Source: Ignavibacteriota bacterium (GTDB lineage: Bacteria > Bacteroidota > Ignavibacteria > UBA10030 > UBA6906). From it: a stretch of DNA of 64,000 bases. The DNA is taken from positions 1,920,001 through 1,984,000 of the forward strand of contig CAWDEM010000008.1 in the NCBI GenBank assembly GCA_963801355.1, read 5' to 3'. The notes under the pieces were generated by a model that saw only the letters and a list, made by a program, of their open reading frames with translations, had not been told where the DNA came from and did not search any database. Position numbers and translations under genes: made by a program. Shown piece after piece: positions 49,933-60,112 of the stretch. Each line of letters opens with the position of its first letter. The stretch's first letter is position 1.

Positions 49933-52900
49933 TTACTTGATAATCGCGAACTTGCCGACCTTCTCTCCCACACCCGGGGCATCCACATGGTAGATGTAGA
50001 TCCCGTATGCGGTAGAGAGGTTATCCCGCGTCAGGAGATTCCACTCGGCAGTTCCGTTGTTCATTGACGATGCGTGCTGGATGGTCGTCACGAGTTCACC
50101 ATTCACCGTGAAAATGCGGATCGTGCAGACCTGCGGCAGATGCGTGAAGTGGATCGCCCGCGGTCCGCGGCCCGACGTGTAGGGATTCCGCTCTTCCCAT
50201 GTTGCGGCGGCTACGTATGGATTCGGGACAACCTTGATCAGGTCAAGACTCCCTTTCGCGAGCTCCGCATCCACCTTCTGGCCCGTCGTGGAGAACTCGA
50301 ATACGTCATCTTTGCGGAAGAGCTTCGAGAGAACGACACGCAACGTGTCTCCCGCTTTGGGAGCACTCAGAATTGAATCATACCCCATACTGAGCCCCCA
50401 GCTGATGGCCAGCGAATCTTTCGAGTCCCGCTCGAGAAACACTATGAAGTCGCTGACATTGTCAAAACCGACCATTCCCGTGCTGAACAATCCGGGTCCT
50501 CCCGTCAGATCAAGCTCCCAGAAGGCAAAGTCGATCTGCTTGTTCTCCGACGTATTGAACACCTTGAAGTTTACCGGGACGGCCGGGAGCGGAGAGGCAA
50601 ATGTTCGGACAGTAAAGGACGTGGAAGTATCGGTACCCACCGGGCCGAACACGATCTTGTAGTCCGCGGGTTTCTGTTGCCCCACCACAAACCCGCTCTT
50701 CCACTGACGGAAATCAAATGTGTACACGCCCAGGCGACTCCACCCCGAGAGCGCACCGTTGACGCCAAAGGCCTTCTCGTTGTTCACGACGAGCCGGAAC
50801 CCGTGCGTCAGTGGATGCTCCACGGTGTCGGCAAGCTTTGTGGTCCGCCGGATAAGCGTGTCAATCATCGATGAGTTGGTGATGTCTGCCAGCGTCAATG
50901 TCTTCGTCAGGAAGGTATCAGGAGCTGAAGCCCCCCCTGCGTGCACAGTGTCCTCAAAGGTGATTCGGTACTTGTGGTTGTCTCGCACACTGTCGGGATC
51001 CACAATCACATACCCGAGGCTGCCTGTTGTTGAACCCGACACGAGTTTGATGGGACTCACCTTTGCTCCAACATACCCGGCCACCGACGCTTCCGGTACC
51101 GCGATCGCCACCGATGTCCCCTTGCCGACGAGTTGCCCGGTGACGTTGTCGATGTTGATCTTGAGATTGCTTTCCGAAGGAGTGATGTTCAGCGGTGCGT
51201 ACCCCTGGTCGAACGCGCGGACTACGTAGTAATACTTCTGCCCGTTCTGAACGGAACTGTCTGTCCATTCATGTGCAAGGCCATAGTCCGTTCCCAGGTA
51301 GAACTGGACGCCGTTGTACGGTGTCGGGTGGAACCCCTTTATACCGTCCACCAAATCGAATTGCATGATCGGTTTGAGGAACGGAGCCGCTGAGCCGAAT
51401 CCGTCGGTGATCAACTTCGCATCGAGGAACGAGGCGTCAGTTGCCCGGTAAATCCTGTATCCTTCGAAGTCGTGCGCGGGAGCCCCCGGAATGCCCTGAA
51501 GGAACCTGTCCGTCGATTCCTCGGCCCTTCTATCCCAGTAGAGCGTGACCCTTTTATCTCCCACCACCGCTTTCACGACGGGTTCAATCGGGGCCTGTGC
51601 AAACTGGTAATCTTCGTTGTAGGCGAGCTGCGCGAATTCCCTCTTCCTCAGCGCGTCGTCGAATGCCCCACTGACGCGCGCATTCCCGTAGGTGGTCGCG
51701 GCACCGAATACCACAGCAAACGAGATCCGCTCAATCTGGCCGGCCTTCATCGGGAATATGCCTGACGATACGAACAGATCGCTCTCTCCCGTCGGGATAA
51801 GGGCAGGGTTGACAAATTTGCCGGGGAGCATGAAGTCACCCCAGAACCGGATGTCGGCGGTCGTGCTGAAATTGATGGCACCCGCAGCAAGGTACTGCAC
51901 GTTCGTCAGACCGATTTGATCGGCCTCAGATACGTCCGTTTTGTCGATGTTTGGCTCCCCGGGGAATGGTGTGCCGACGCCTGAAGTCGGCCTGCCATCT
52001 CCTTCACCCTCATCACCGGTGCTGGCGGCACCATCGAGTCCTACATCATCCGTGAGGCGGTTCCAGTCGCCGTCATTGTCGACGCCGTCGTTTCGCCCCT
52101 CATCGATCATGTCGTCGATCCCCTCGTCTATCCCGGCAACAATCAACCCGTCTTTGTTGATGTACTTCTTCCCCACGTCTTCCGCGCCGACGTCATAAAG
52201 GATCACGTTGGACCCGGGGACCCGGTAGCGGTGAAAAGGATCGCTCGCGGCCTGAGTCACCATATCCTGCGTGACCACCGGGAGGTTATCCAGACAGTCG
52301 CCGTTGTTATCGATGTTGTCTTTATATTTCTTCCCGAGATCGTCAGGCCCGGCCACATCGATGAGATGGATGCTCCCCTGCTGAAAGGCGTCCTTTTCCG
52401 GTTCCTGGGGCCAACGTTTCCAAAGATCAAGTGACGCCTGGCTGATCATGGTTTGTGTGATGACCGGACTCCCCGATTCGCCGTTGCCGTCGTTGTCGAT
52501 GCCGTCGGCAAAGCCGACGCCACGCTGTTCCCCAAAGGCGATATACGTCGAGTCCTCGTCTATGAGTCCGTTGAGATTGTTGTCGATTTGATCGCCACTG
52601 ATCTCTGCACTTGTTCCGGGAATGCGCGACTCAAACATCGCCCCCGTCACTTTGGGGCCCATCTGGAACTCGGGACTGTCACCGTCGTTGTCGATCCTGT
52701 CGGTTGCGTTCCCTGGTGTTTCCAGATAGAGCGTCGCTGCACAGCCAACGGGGACACCGGAGAAAGCAGGATTCGAACTCTTCCCATCGGCATCAAGCGA
52801 GAACGCGATATCCAGAATCAGATCAAATGACGGGCTGTCATCCTGCGAATCGCCGTCCCCTCCGACAAAGTCGGCCAGCCAGAGCGTGACACCGGTCCGC

Positions 52901-53622
52901 GCGATGTCTTTCGTGCCGTCATTCTTGACTTCGTGAATGAAAAATACCGCATCGGCCACAGACGCTTGCGACCACTGCAGCGCACGGCCATCCACAATCA
53001 TCCCGAGGCCGCGCCGCTTGGTGTCGGTGGTGTCAGGAGTGTAGTCCCAGCGGTCGTAGTTGTCATCTCCCACACGGTAGTAAATTTCCTGATCCGCACT
53101 AAACTGGTTCTTGCCAAAATAGCCATTCCACGATCCTGCCCAGCCCGGGTCTGTCCGATCGCCCACTTTGTCGGGCCAGTTTTTCGGCCAGGTGTCAGGC
53201 TCGTCGCTCTTGGCGAGCTTTCCTTGGTCGGGGTTGAAATAGCCCGGGACGGGGCCCATATTCCAATCCGCTCCGCTGCCAGGGTTCGTCCGGTAGGCCG
53301 GCAGATCGACAATGCGAATAGTCTTCCCCGTATTGTCGGTCACTTCCCCTCCTACAAACAGCGCAATGAGGGCGATGTAAACGCGGTTCGTGTTTTTCGG
53401 CCACTCGTACGGAACGCCCTGCCCGGCGCCCGTGCGACCGGAGAACACAAAGTTGAAGACGCTTGTGCGGACGTTGTTCCCATCCATCTCTGTCCGCCGG
53501 CGCAGTGTCGGGTCGACCCGCTCTTTGCTCGGCGTATGCCCGCTTGTTTGAGCGGAAACACCCGCCAGGCCGGAAGCCAGGAGCAGCACCGTGAAGACGA
53601 TTATGAAATTCTTGCGAAACAT
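49933..53622 (-). CDS. Large exported protein (1229 aa) with Asp-rich Ca-binding-type repeats, FN3-like region and divergent T9SS-like CTD
   Basis: SPI signal (GVSA-Q), DxDNDGD repeats, VTLYWD..FEGYRIYR..NGQKYYYVVRAFD, C-terminal IKVVPNPY...IRIFT..GELV...GIYIYHV...KFAIIK. Confidence 0.8.
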   Translation of the reverse strand: MFRKNFIIVFTVLLLASGLAGVSAQTSGHTPSKERVDPTLRRRTEMDGNNVRTSVFNFVFSGRTGAGQGVPYEWPKNTNRVYIALIALFVGGEVTDNTGKTIRIVDLPAYRTNPGSGADWNMGPVPGYFNPDQGKLAKSDEPDTWPKNWPDKVGDRTDPGWAGSWNGYFGKNQFSADQEIYYRVGDDNYDRWDYTPDTTDTKRRGLGMIVDGRALQWSQASVADAVFFIHEVKNDGTKDIARTGVTLWLADFVGGDGDSQDDSPSFDLILDIAFSLDADGKSSNPAFSGVPVGCAATLYLETPGNATDRIDNDGDSPEFQMGPKVTGAMFESRIPGTSAEISGDQIDNNLNGLIDEDSTYIAFGEQRGVGFADGIDNDGNGESGSPVITQTMISQASLDLWKRWPQEPEKDAFQQGSIHLIDVAGPDDLGKKYKDNIDNNGDCLDNLPVVTQDMVTQAASDPFHRYRVPGSNVILYDVGAEDVGKKYINKDGLIVAGIDEGIDDMIDEGRNDGVDNDGDWNRLTDDVGLDGAASTGDEGEGDGRPTSGVGTPFPGEPNIDKTDVSEADQIGLTNVQYLAAGAINFSTTADIRFWGDFMLPGKFVNPALIPTGESDLFVSSGIFPMKAGQIERISFAVVFGAATTYGNARVSGAFDDALRKREFAQLAYNEDYQFAQAPIEPVVKAVVGDKRVTLYWDRRAEESTDRFLQGIPGAPAHDFEGYRIYRATDASFLDAKLITDGFGSAAPFLKPIMQFDLVDGIKGFHPTPYNGVQFYLGTDYGLAHEWTDSSVQNGQKYYYVVRAFDQGYAPLNITPSESNLKINIDNVTGQLVGKGTSVAIAVPEASVAGYVGAKVSPIKLVSGSTTGSLGYVIVDPDSVRDNHKYRITFEDTVHAGGASAPDTFLTKTLTLADITNSSMIDTLIRRTTKLADTVEHPLTHGFRLVVNNEKAFGVNGALSGWSRLGVYTFDFRQWKSGFVVGQQKPADYKIVFGPVGTDTSTSFTVRTFASPLPAVPVNFKVFNTSENKQIDFAFWELDLTGGPGLFSTGMVGFDNVSDFIVFLERDSKDSLAISWGLSMGYDSILSAPKAGDTLRVVLSKLFRKDDVFEFSTTGQKVDAELAKGSLDLIKVVPNPYVAAATWEERNPYTSGRGPRAIHFTHLPQVCTIRIFTVNGELVTTIQHASSMNNGTAEWNLLTRDNLSTAYGIYIYHVDAPGVGEKVGKFAIIK

Positions 53623-53647
53623 TCCGGGTTCTCCTCTGGTTGAGATC

Positions 53648-56476
53648 TTAGAAACTCAGCTCGACGCCGACCTGCACTTCACGTGGCTCGGTGAAATAGT
53701 CCGGCCGAACAATGTAGTCTCCGACCGAATTGATGCGACCCGCCGCGTCGATGTTCTGCGCTCCCAGCGCCTGCACCGTTGCAGTGGCACGCCCGGTCTG
53801 GCCATAGATTTCCGCTTCGTTCCGTCGGTCGAACAGATTAAACACTTTCAGGAACACACTTGCAGTCATGGGTCCCAAGGTGAAGTTCTTGAACGCCCGG
53901 AGATCCACAGTATAGTTCTCCGGTCTTCTCCTGCTGTTCTTCTGCACGGCCCTGGCGGCATCCTCACCACGTCCCTCTGCCTGGTTGATCACAGGAGTGT
54001 ACGGGAGACCCGAACCATAACGGCCCAGGACGAAGAGACCCCAATCCTCCTCGCCAACGCCCAGCGTGAGATTCACCGTGTGAGTCTGATCCCAATCGAG
54101 CGGTGTGAGCGCACGGGCAGGTTCGGTATTGTTCCGGTACGCCGCCGCCTCATCATCCGGATTCGAGTTGTTCCCTTCGGCAGCCTGGAATGTGTATGCC
54201 AGGTTGAGAGACCATAGATCGCTTTGACGCTTCGTAATCGTCAACGTCACACCCCGGGAATTTGCATAGTCGCGGTTGATGTACGTGAGGTATGACGACG
54301 TAAACGTATCAAGGTCACGCACCGGGATGGGCGTACTGGTCGTCACCCAGTCACGAGTGTCGCGATAGAATCCTGTGACGTCGAACGTCAGCACGTCGCT
54401 CACCTGCTGCTGGAGGCCGATCTCGTACATGATCGTCCGCTGTGGCTCGAGATCAGGATTCCCCCACGTCCCCTGCACCCCGCTCGCCTGCGTCACCTTG
54501 TAGCCGGGCTTCTGATACAGATGAATGAAGGAGGGAATCTGCAGGAAATGGCCGTACGAGAAATGCAGGACGCCCTTATCCGTGATGGGATACGAGATGC
54601 CGAACCTCGGGCTCACGCTGTACTTGGCTGTCGCATTCTTGTACCATTTTGCCATCCGCTCCTCGAGCGACAACACCTTGTTCTCCTCCTTCTGAGGAAG
54701 GTAGACGTTCGGGTCCTGAAGATCTGCCGGCGACTTGCCGCGTGAATTGAAGTAGTCGAACCGGAGACCAATGTTCACGATCATCCTCTCATATTCCAGT
54801 TTGTCCTGGACGTACACGGAGAACTCCCGTGGGGTCTGAGTGTATTCCTCATACAACGGGCTGTCCGTGGCAGGAATGATCGGCCCTGCCCCGGTCAGCG
54901 CATCCTCGGTAAGGTTGAAGTCCTCGAGGTAGAGACGATGGACTTTCATCTCCAACCCCAGCTTTAGTTGATGCAACTGGCTGAGCTGATCCGTGTAATC
55001 GAATTTCGCAACAGCGGTTTCCGTGCGACGCTTGAAGCGATGATTGTTTGTTCCCTTGCTGATGTATTCGTACAAGTTGCGGTTCAAGGCGTTCGGATCA
55101 GTCACGTACCGTGAATCGTACGGATCGTCGTAGAGATACTCTTTGAAGTCCTTCAGGAAGAATGACACTCCGAGAGTGTAGAACGATGTCGCTCCCAACG
55201 TGTGTGTCCAGAGGGCGGCCGTATTGTAGCCCCGATCGAACTTTTTCACGTCTCCGTCAGGCGTCAAGAACCAGTCGTGCGAGTAATCTCGATAGTCGAT
55301 CTTACTGCCAAGTCCGCTCAGGCTCAGTTTGATGGAGCCGGAAATCTGATAGGTGAGCTTGAACTGGCCGGAATACCTGGTGCGATCGTTCATAGGAACA
55401 GGATCATCGGCCACCGACGCGCCTGTCACATTTCCCTGCTGGTCGAGCAGAAGCGTCGGCGGATGCGCGAGCTCCGGATTCCCGAAGGCGTTGGGCTGAG
55501 GCAGGAACACCCTGTTCCCCCAGAGGTAGCCGTCGGAGTGGTAGTAGCGGCCGGATGCATAGAACGTGAGGCCGTTCAATTCCGGCACAGGACCGCTTAT
55601 GCTTCCCTCAAAATTCTTGTTATTGAACGGACGGATCTTGTCCATATTGTAGTAGAGCTCGCTGACGTCCGTCCCTTCCGAAGGCTGACTCGCGGTCGAC
55701 ATGATATCGCGCCCGCCGAAAAGCCATCCATTGCCGGTTACGTAGGACCCGGCATAGGCCTGCAGAGTGCCGTGATAGTTGCTTTCACCATCCTTGGTAA
55801 CGATATTCACGATCCCCGACATCGCCTGACCGTATTCGGCATTGAACGTGCCGCTGATCACCTGCAACTCCTGCACGGCATTGTTGTCCACCTGCACCGC
55901 CTGTCCGCCGTCATAGGCATCGGAGACCGAGACGCCGTCAACCCAGTACGCCACTTCACTCGAGCGGCCCCCGCGGATGTGAATGCCGCCTCCACGGTCA
56001 ACGGTGATCCCGGCCTGCAGCGACAGCACTTCGCTGACCTCCTGCACCGGCAGCGACTCGATCTGCGCGGCATCCACACGCGCCTCCGAAGAGGTCAGGT
56101 CCTTTTTCACCGCCCTCCGTTCCGCCGTGACCACTACCTCCTCCGCCTCCACCATCGCCGACGCAATTTGAACGTCCACGGTGCTTGTGAGGTCGATGCT
56201 CACTGCCACACCGACCACACGTTTCTTCGTGTACCCGACGGCCGAAGCAACGAGAGTATACTTGCCCGGGGGAACATTCAAGATGACATAGTACCCGTCA
56301 AGGTTGGAGGCAGCTCCCATCAACGTTCCTTCGAGCTGGATGTTCACGCCAGCGAGCAGCTCGCCGGTTTGCGCGTCTTTGATTTCACCCGCAATCTTAC
56401 CGGTCGTCCCCGCCCATCCCGCAGCGGCAAAGGCCAGGACCATCGCGAGGATTCCTCTCATGCGCAATGGCTTCAT
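53648..56476 (-). CDS. TonB-dependent outer-membrane transporter with N-terminal CarboxypepD_reg-like domain
   Basis: GKIAG...G.Y.ILNVPPG.Y; plug HIRGGR..EV...VDG, SG.FNAEYG.AMSG.VNIVTKDG; barrel SPRFG.SYP, GNPDL.P, NLFD; terminal F. Confidence 0.95.
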   Translation of the reverse strand: MKPLRMRGILAMVLAFAAAGWAGTTGKIAGEIKDAQTGELLAGVNIQLEGTLMGAASNLDGYYVILNVPPGKYTLVASAVGYTKKRVVGVAVSIDLTSTVDVQIASAMVEAEEVVVTAERRAVKKDLTSSEARVDAAQIESLPVQEVSEVLSLQAGITVDRGGGIHIRGGRSSEVAYWVDGVSVSDAYDGGQAVQVDNNAVQELQVISGTFNAEYGQAMSGIVNIVTKDGESNYHGTLQAYAGSYVTGNGWLFGGRDIMSTASQPSEGTDVSELYYNMDKIRPFNNKNFEGSISGPVPELNGLTFYASGRYYHSDGYLWGNRVFLPQPNAFGNPELAHPPTLLLDQQGNVTGASVADDPVPMNDRTRYSGQFKLTYQISGSIKLSLSGLGSKIDYRDYSHDWFLTPDGDVKKFDRGYNTAALWTHTLGATSFYTLGVSFFLKDFKEYLYDDPYDSRYVTDPNALNRNLYEYISKGTNNHRFKRRTETAVAKFDYTDQLSQLHQLKLGLEMKVHRLYLEDFNLTEDALTGAGPIIPATDSPLYEEYTQTPREFSVYVQDKLEYERMIVNIGLRFDYFNSRGKSPADLQDPNVYLPQKEENKVLSLEERMAKWYKNATAKYSVSPRFGISYPITDKGVLHFSYGHFLQIPSFIHLYQKPGYKVTQASGVQGTWGNPDLEPQRTIMYEIGLQQQVSDVLTFDVTGFYRDTRDWVTTSTPIPVRDLDTFTSSYLTYINRDYANSRGVTLTITKRQSDLWSLNLAYTFQAAEGNNSNPDDEAAAYRNNTEPARALTPLDWDQTHTVNLTLGVGEEDWGLFVLGRYGSGLPYTPVINQAEGRGEDAARAVQKNSRRRPENYTVDLRAFKNFTLGPMTASVFLKVFNLFDRRNEAEIYGQTGRATATVQALGAQNIDAAGRINSVGDYIVRPDYFTEPREVQVGVELSF

Positions 56477-56489
56477 ACGATGCCCCTTC

Positions 56490-58196
56490 TCATTTTTTCA
56501 CCAAATGGACTGAAACATTCGCCAGATTCTCGACATTCATAGTGACGCTTGCTCTTCCGCGCAATGCGTCCAGCGCTTCCTTGAACGCTTCCCGATTCTT
56601 CATCTCCTTCACTTGCGTGAGCGTCTGGTCTTGTGATTCCTCGAAGGACCTGACCCGCGCTTCTTTTTTCTCCACGACTCTAAACACTCCCCAATACGGG
56701 TCCACTCTTTCGGGACCCACAATATCTCCGACACGCGCTGCAAAAAACTTCTCACCCATCACACCGTAGCCTGCCTTGGAGCTGAATCCTAGCTCCCCTC
56801 CACGCTTTGCCGCCCAGAGCCGGATGGAGTGCGCACGGGCAAGACCCGCGAAATCGACTCCTCGGCGCGCCTGCCGTGCGATCAACTTCGCCTCCGCCTC
56901 CGTGCGGACCAGGACCTCAGCAACGTTGACCAGTGGCGGGTCGGCGTAGTTCATCTTGTTTTCTTCATAGATCCGACGGAGCAGAGTGTCGGGCCACCCA
57001 TCCCGCCCCACCGTATCCTGGACGAGATCCGCCCAGTACCGGAGACGAAATTCGCCGCCGAGGTTATCCATCTGATCGACGACCTGCGGATCTTCGTCCA
57101 GATCCAGATCCTCAGCGCGCTTCAGAATCTCGTCGCGGGCAGCGAGGCCGAGGATGACCTCCTTAAGATCATCGGCACTTTTCACACGGCGACGCTGACG
57201 TTCCTTGGTGTCTGCAAGCTTCTGCTTCAGCGTTTCAACGGTCCACCAGGACCCGTGGAATCGGGCAAGTTTGCTCCCGCGAAGGTCACGCGAAGGCGGG
57301 AGAGCGGACTCCGGGCGTTGCATCGCCTTATCATCGATGGTCAGCGAGGTCCACTCCGCAACCACCGCTTCGACCGTTGTCTCGTCGAACTGCGGGTCCA
57401 TCGCACGCGTGATCGTCATGACGTGTTCGCGCAGGAGACGCGGTGCCGTGCGTTTCACAATCGCCTCTGCCAGCTTCCCCCTCACTTTAGCAAAGTCACC
57501 CTCGGATGCAAGGGGATTGACCACTGCTCTCGAATCAACGCGGACGATCGCATAACCCATGCTCATCTTCAACGGCTCCGACAGCGCCCCGACCGGCAGC
57601 GTATAGGCGGCCTCCTCCAGTGCCTCCTCCATTTCCCCCCAACCAAAGGTCCCGAGGGATCCGCCATTATTTGCCAGGCCAGGGTCTTCAAACGTCTCAC
57701 GAGCGAGACGTTCGAAGGTCTCACCCTTTACCAACCGTTCCTTGAGCCTTTGTGCCCCCTCCTCTGTTCGTGCATACAGGTAACGTGCGGAAACCCGCGT
57801 GTTGTACCTCCGAAACTCGAGTTCAAGCTGCTGCGGTGTCACAGTCAAGGTATCGGTGGTCACGCGGCGTGCGTACCCATCAGCCATCGCTTGCCGGCGA
57901 ATCAAATCCATCTCTTTCCGATATGCAGAATCCTGCTCAGCTCCGTGGGCCCGCAGATCCTCGAAAATCAGCCGTTCGTTGATCATGTTCTGGAGCACCT
58001 GCTTGCGCACCTGGATATTGTCCTTCACCGAGGTGCTCGAAAGGTACTTCTGGTATCGCGTTCGAAATTGATCGGCGGATATCCGCACACCGTCGACCAC
58101 GGCAACCTCATCCCCCCTGTCGGTCCCACATCCACCGAGAAGCACAAACGCGACAGCCACGATAATAGACACCGAGACTGAATTCCGACGCATCAT
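56490..58196 (-). CDS. Peptidyl-prolyl cis-trans isomerase lipoprotein (PrsA/SurA-like, two parvulin domains)
   Basis: Lipobox LGGC; F..LA....D......GG.LG, F..LA..HS......GG.LG. Confidence 0.85.
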   Translation of the reverse strand: MMRRNSVSVSIIVAVAFVLLGGCGTDRGDEVAVVDGVRISADQFRTRYQKYLSSTSVKDNIQVRKQVLQNMINERLIFEDLRAHGAEQDSAYRKEMDLIRRQAMADGYARRVTTDTLTVTPQQLELEFRRYNTRVSARYLYARTEEGAQRLKERLVKGETFERLARETFEDPGLANNGGSLGTFGWGEMEEALEEAAYTLPVGALSEPLKMSMGYAIVRVDSRAVVNPLASEGDFAKVRGKLAEAIVKRTAPRLLREHVMTITRAMDPQFDETTVEAVVAEWTSLTIDDKAMQRPESALPPSRDLRGSKLARFHGSWWTVETLKQKLADTKERQRRRVKSADDLKEVILGLAARDEILKRAEDLDLDEDPQVVDQMDNLGGEFRLRYWADLVQDTVGRDGWPDTLLRRIYEENKMNYADPPLVNVAEVLVRTEAEAKLIARQARRGVDFAGLARAHSIRLWAAKRGGELGFSSKAGYGVMGEKFFAARVGDIVGPERVDPYWGVFRVVEKKEARVRSFEESQDQTLTQVKEMKNREAFKEALDALRGRASVTMNVENLANVSVHLVKK

Positions 58197-60112
58197 TTGC
58201 CCGACTTCAAAATGCGGCCAGCTACACGGTCGACCGGCACCGCCAGTGTGGTCTTCCCGGCGATGAACTCATCACCAGAGCGGAGATCACGCCAGCGGGA
58301 TCCTTCGGTCACACCGGGGAGCGGGATCGTCAGCGTGGCCTGCGCCCCGTTGTTGATGAGCACCAGCAGGCGATCTGTACCGAGGGAACGCTCGAAGGCA
58401 AATGCATCCTGGCCGTCGTTCACCGAGACCACGCGGTATTCACCTCGACGCAGTGCCGGCTCAGCCGTCCGCAAGCGCATCAGCGTCCGGTATTCATCAT
58501 GCAGTCCGGCATTGAACACCACGCTATCGCGCGGGCGGGATTTGCCGAGCGGGTGGCTGACTTCGGGATCATACGTCAACTCGCGCCAGACCATCGGCTT
58601 CCGCTCGTCCGGGTCATCACCGCCCCACATGCCGGCCTCTTCGCCGTAGTAGACCGCGGGTGCGCCTACATAGGTCATTTGAAAGAAGACGAGCAGCTTC
58701 TGCCGCCGGATCTCTTCGTCCGAGGGTTTGCGCACGTCGTACTCCGGATTGTCGCGCGCGCCCACCCGGTGATCAAAGAGCATGTCAATATTGACCAACA
58801 TCGAACCCAGCCGATCGGTGTCATGGCTGGCGTAGAGATTCATCAGAACCGCGTTCACGTCCGCACGATAGTCGGCGCGAAGGGCATCGAGCCGCGCAAT
58901 GAGCTCCGTCGCGGTGATCTTGAGTGTGCGATCACGGAAGAAATGAAGAGCTTCTGCAGCCCAGCGGTAGTTCATCACCGCGTCGAACACATCTCCGCGC
59001 AGCCAGGGTTCGGCGTTGAACATCTTGTTCTTGGGCCAATCCTCCCACCAAACCTCACCCGTAAGGTAGGAATCGGGATTGATCTCCCGTGTCCACTGCC
59101 GGAATTGACGCCAGAACGGAATCCCAACCATTTCTGCAACGTCGAGCCGCCATCCGTCAATGCCGTCCGAGGGATCACCGTCACCGTTCGGGTCCATCCA
59201 GCGCTTCACAACGCTGTGGATGTGCTCCCGCGGTCCGGTAACGATGCCGTTTTCGTCTTCGCGCCACTCGGGCAGGTCCTTCAGCCCTGCCCAGCCGGTG
59301 TAGTCGAATTCATCAGCCGACGTGGAGGGATCGTCCCATGTCGTAACCGTGAACCAATCGCTGAACGCCGACGCTTTTCCCTTCGCACGCAGGTCACGAA
59401 ACGCCCAGAACGTTGTTCCGACGTGGTTGAAGACACCGTCGATGATGACATGCATGCCCCGGCGATGAGCCTCGTCAACAACCTTCAGAAACAGCTTGTC
59501 GGCAGAGGTCCACGTCCAGGTGGCGGGATCCTCCGGTCGCTCGGTTGCCCATAGGCGAGTATCCCCGGCGGGATCCGGGCCGAAGTTGTTGTCGATGTGA
59601 TGGTACATCGATGCTTCGTACTTGTGCAACGACGGTGCTTCGAACAGCGGATTGAAATAGATGGCAGTCACGCCGAGGTCCTGCAGATAGTCGAGCTTGT
59701 CAAGAACGCCCTGAAGATCACCGCCATACCGGCGCTGGTGCACAATCTCGTAGAACTTCTTGCCCGAAGTTTTCTCCCACGGCTGCAGCTCGTACCAGTC
59801 TCCCGTCCATTTTGAGATGCGCCACCCCTTCGGGCGTTCGAAGGGATAGGACAGCACGACATCTTCCACCGTCGGATCGTTGACCGGATCCCCGTTCCGA
59901 AATCGTTCGGGGAAAATCTGGTACCAGACTGCATCGCGCGCCCACTCTGGTACCCGAAGCAGACGTTCGGGGATGCGATGGTCGGTATTGGACGGCGCAC
60001 AGGCATACAGGAGTGAACACAAAAGAGCAACGCAAGCGACAGCCATGAGCACGAAGAGCGTCCGGACTCGACGCAAAGAAGATCGGCACGCTGTGTGTTT
60101 GGTGGTTATCAT
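58193..60112 (-). CDS. GH13 cyclomaltodextrinase/neopullulanase-like lipoprotein
   Basis: WYQIFPERF, DGVFNH, DGWRLDV, GEVW, ASHD, YYGEE.GM.G.DDPD; LYAC lipobox-like; ATG 60112 overlaps the lacI stop (ATGA). Confidence 0.92.
   Translation of the reverse strand: MITTKHTACRSSLRRVRTLFVLMAVACVALLCSLLYACAPSNTDHRIPERLLRVPEWARDAVWYQIFPERFRNGDPVNDPTVEDVVLSYPFERPKGWRISKWTGDWYELQPWEKTSGKKFYEIVHQRRYGGDLQGVLDKLDYLQDLGVTAIYFNPLFEAPSLHKYEASMYHHIDNNFGPDPAGDTRLWATERPEDPATWTWTSADKLFLKVVDEAHRRGMHVIIDGVFNHVGTTFWAFRDLRAKGKASAFSDWFTVTTWDDPSTSADEFDYTGWAGLKDLPEWREDENGIVTGPREHIHSVVKRWMDPNGDGDPSDGIDGWRLDVAEMVGIPFWRQFRQWTREINPDSYLTGEVWWEDWPKNKMFNAEPWLRGDVFDAVMNYRWAAEALHFFRDRTLKITATELIARLDALRADYRADVNAVLMNLYASHDTDRLGSMLVNIDMLFDHRVGARDNPEYDVRKPSDEEIRRQKLLVFFQMTYVGAPAVYYGEEAGMWGGDDPDERKPMVWRELTYDPEVSHPLGKSRPRDSVVFNAGLHDEYRTLMRLRTAEPALRRGEYRVVSVNDGQDAFAFERSLGTDRLLVLINNGAQATLTIPLPGVTEGSRWRDLRSGDEFIAGKTTLAVPVDRVAGRILKSGK

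Noticed and set aside
55202-59554. Plus-strand ORFs of 446, 450 and 351 aa opposite the TBDT, PPIase and GH13
   Set aside because: Antisense shadows; the minus-strand genes carry all the family motifs.
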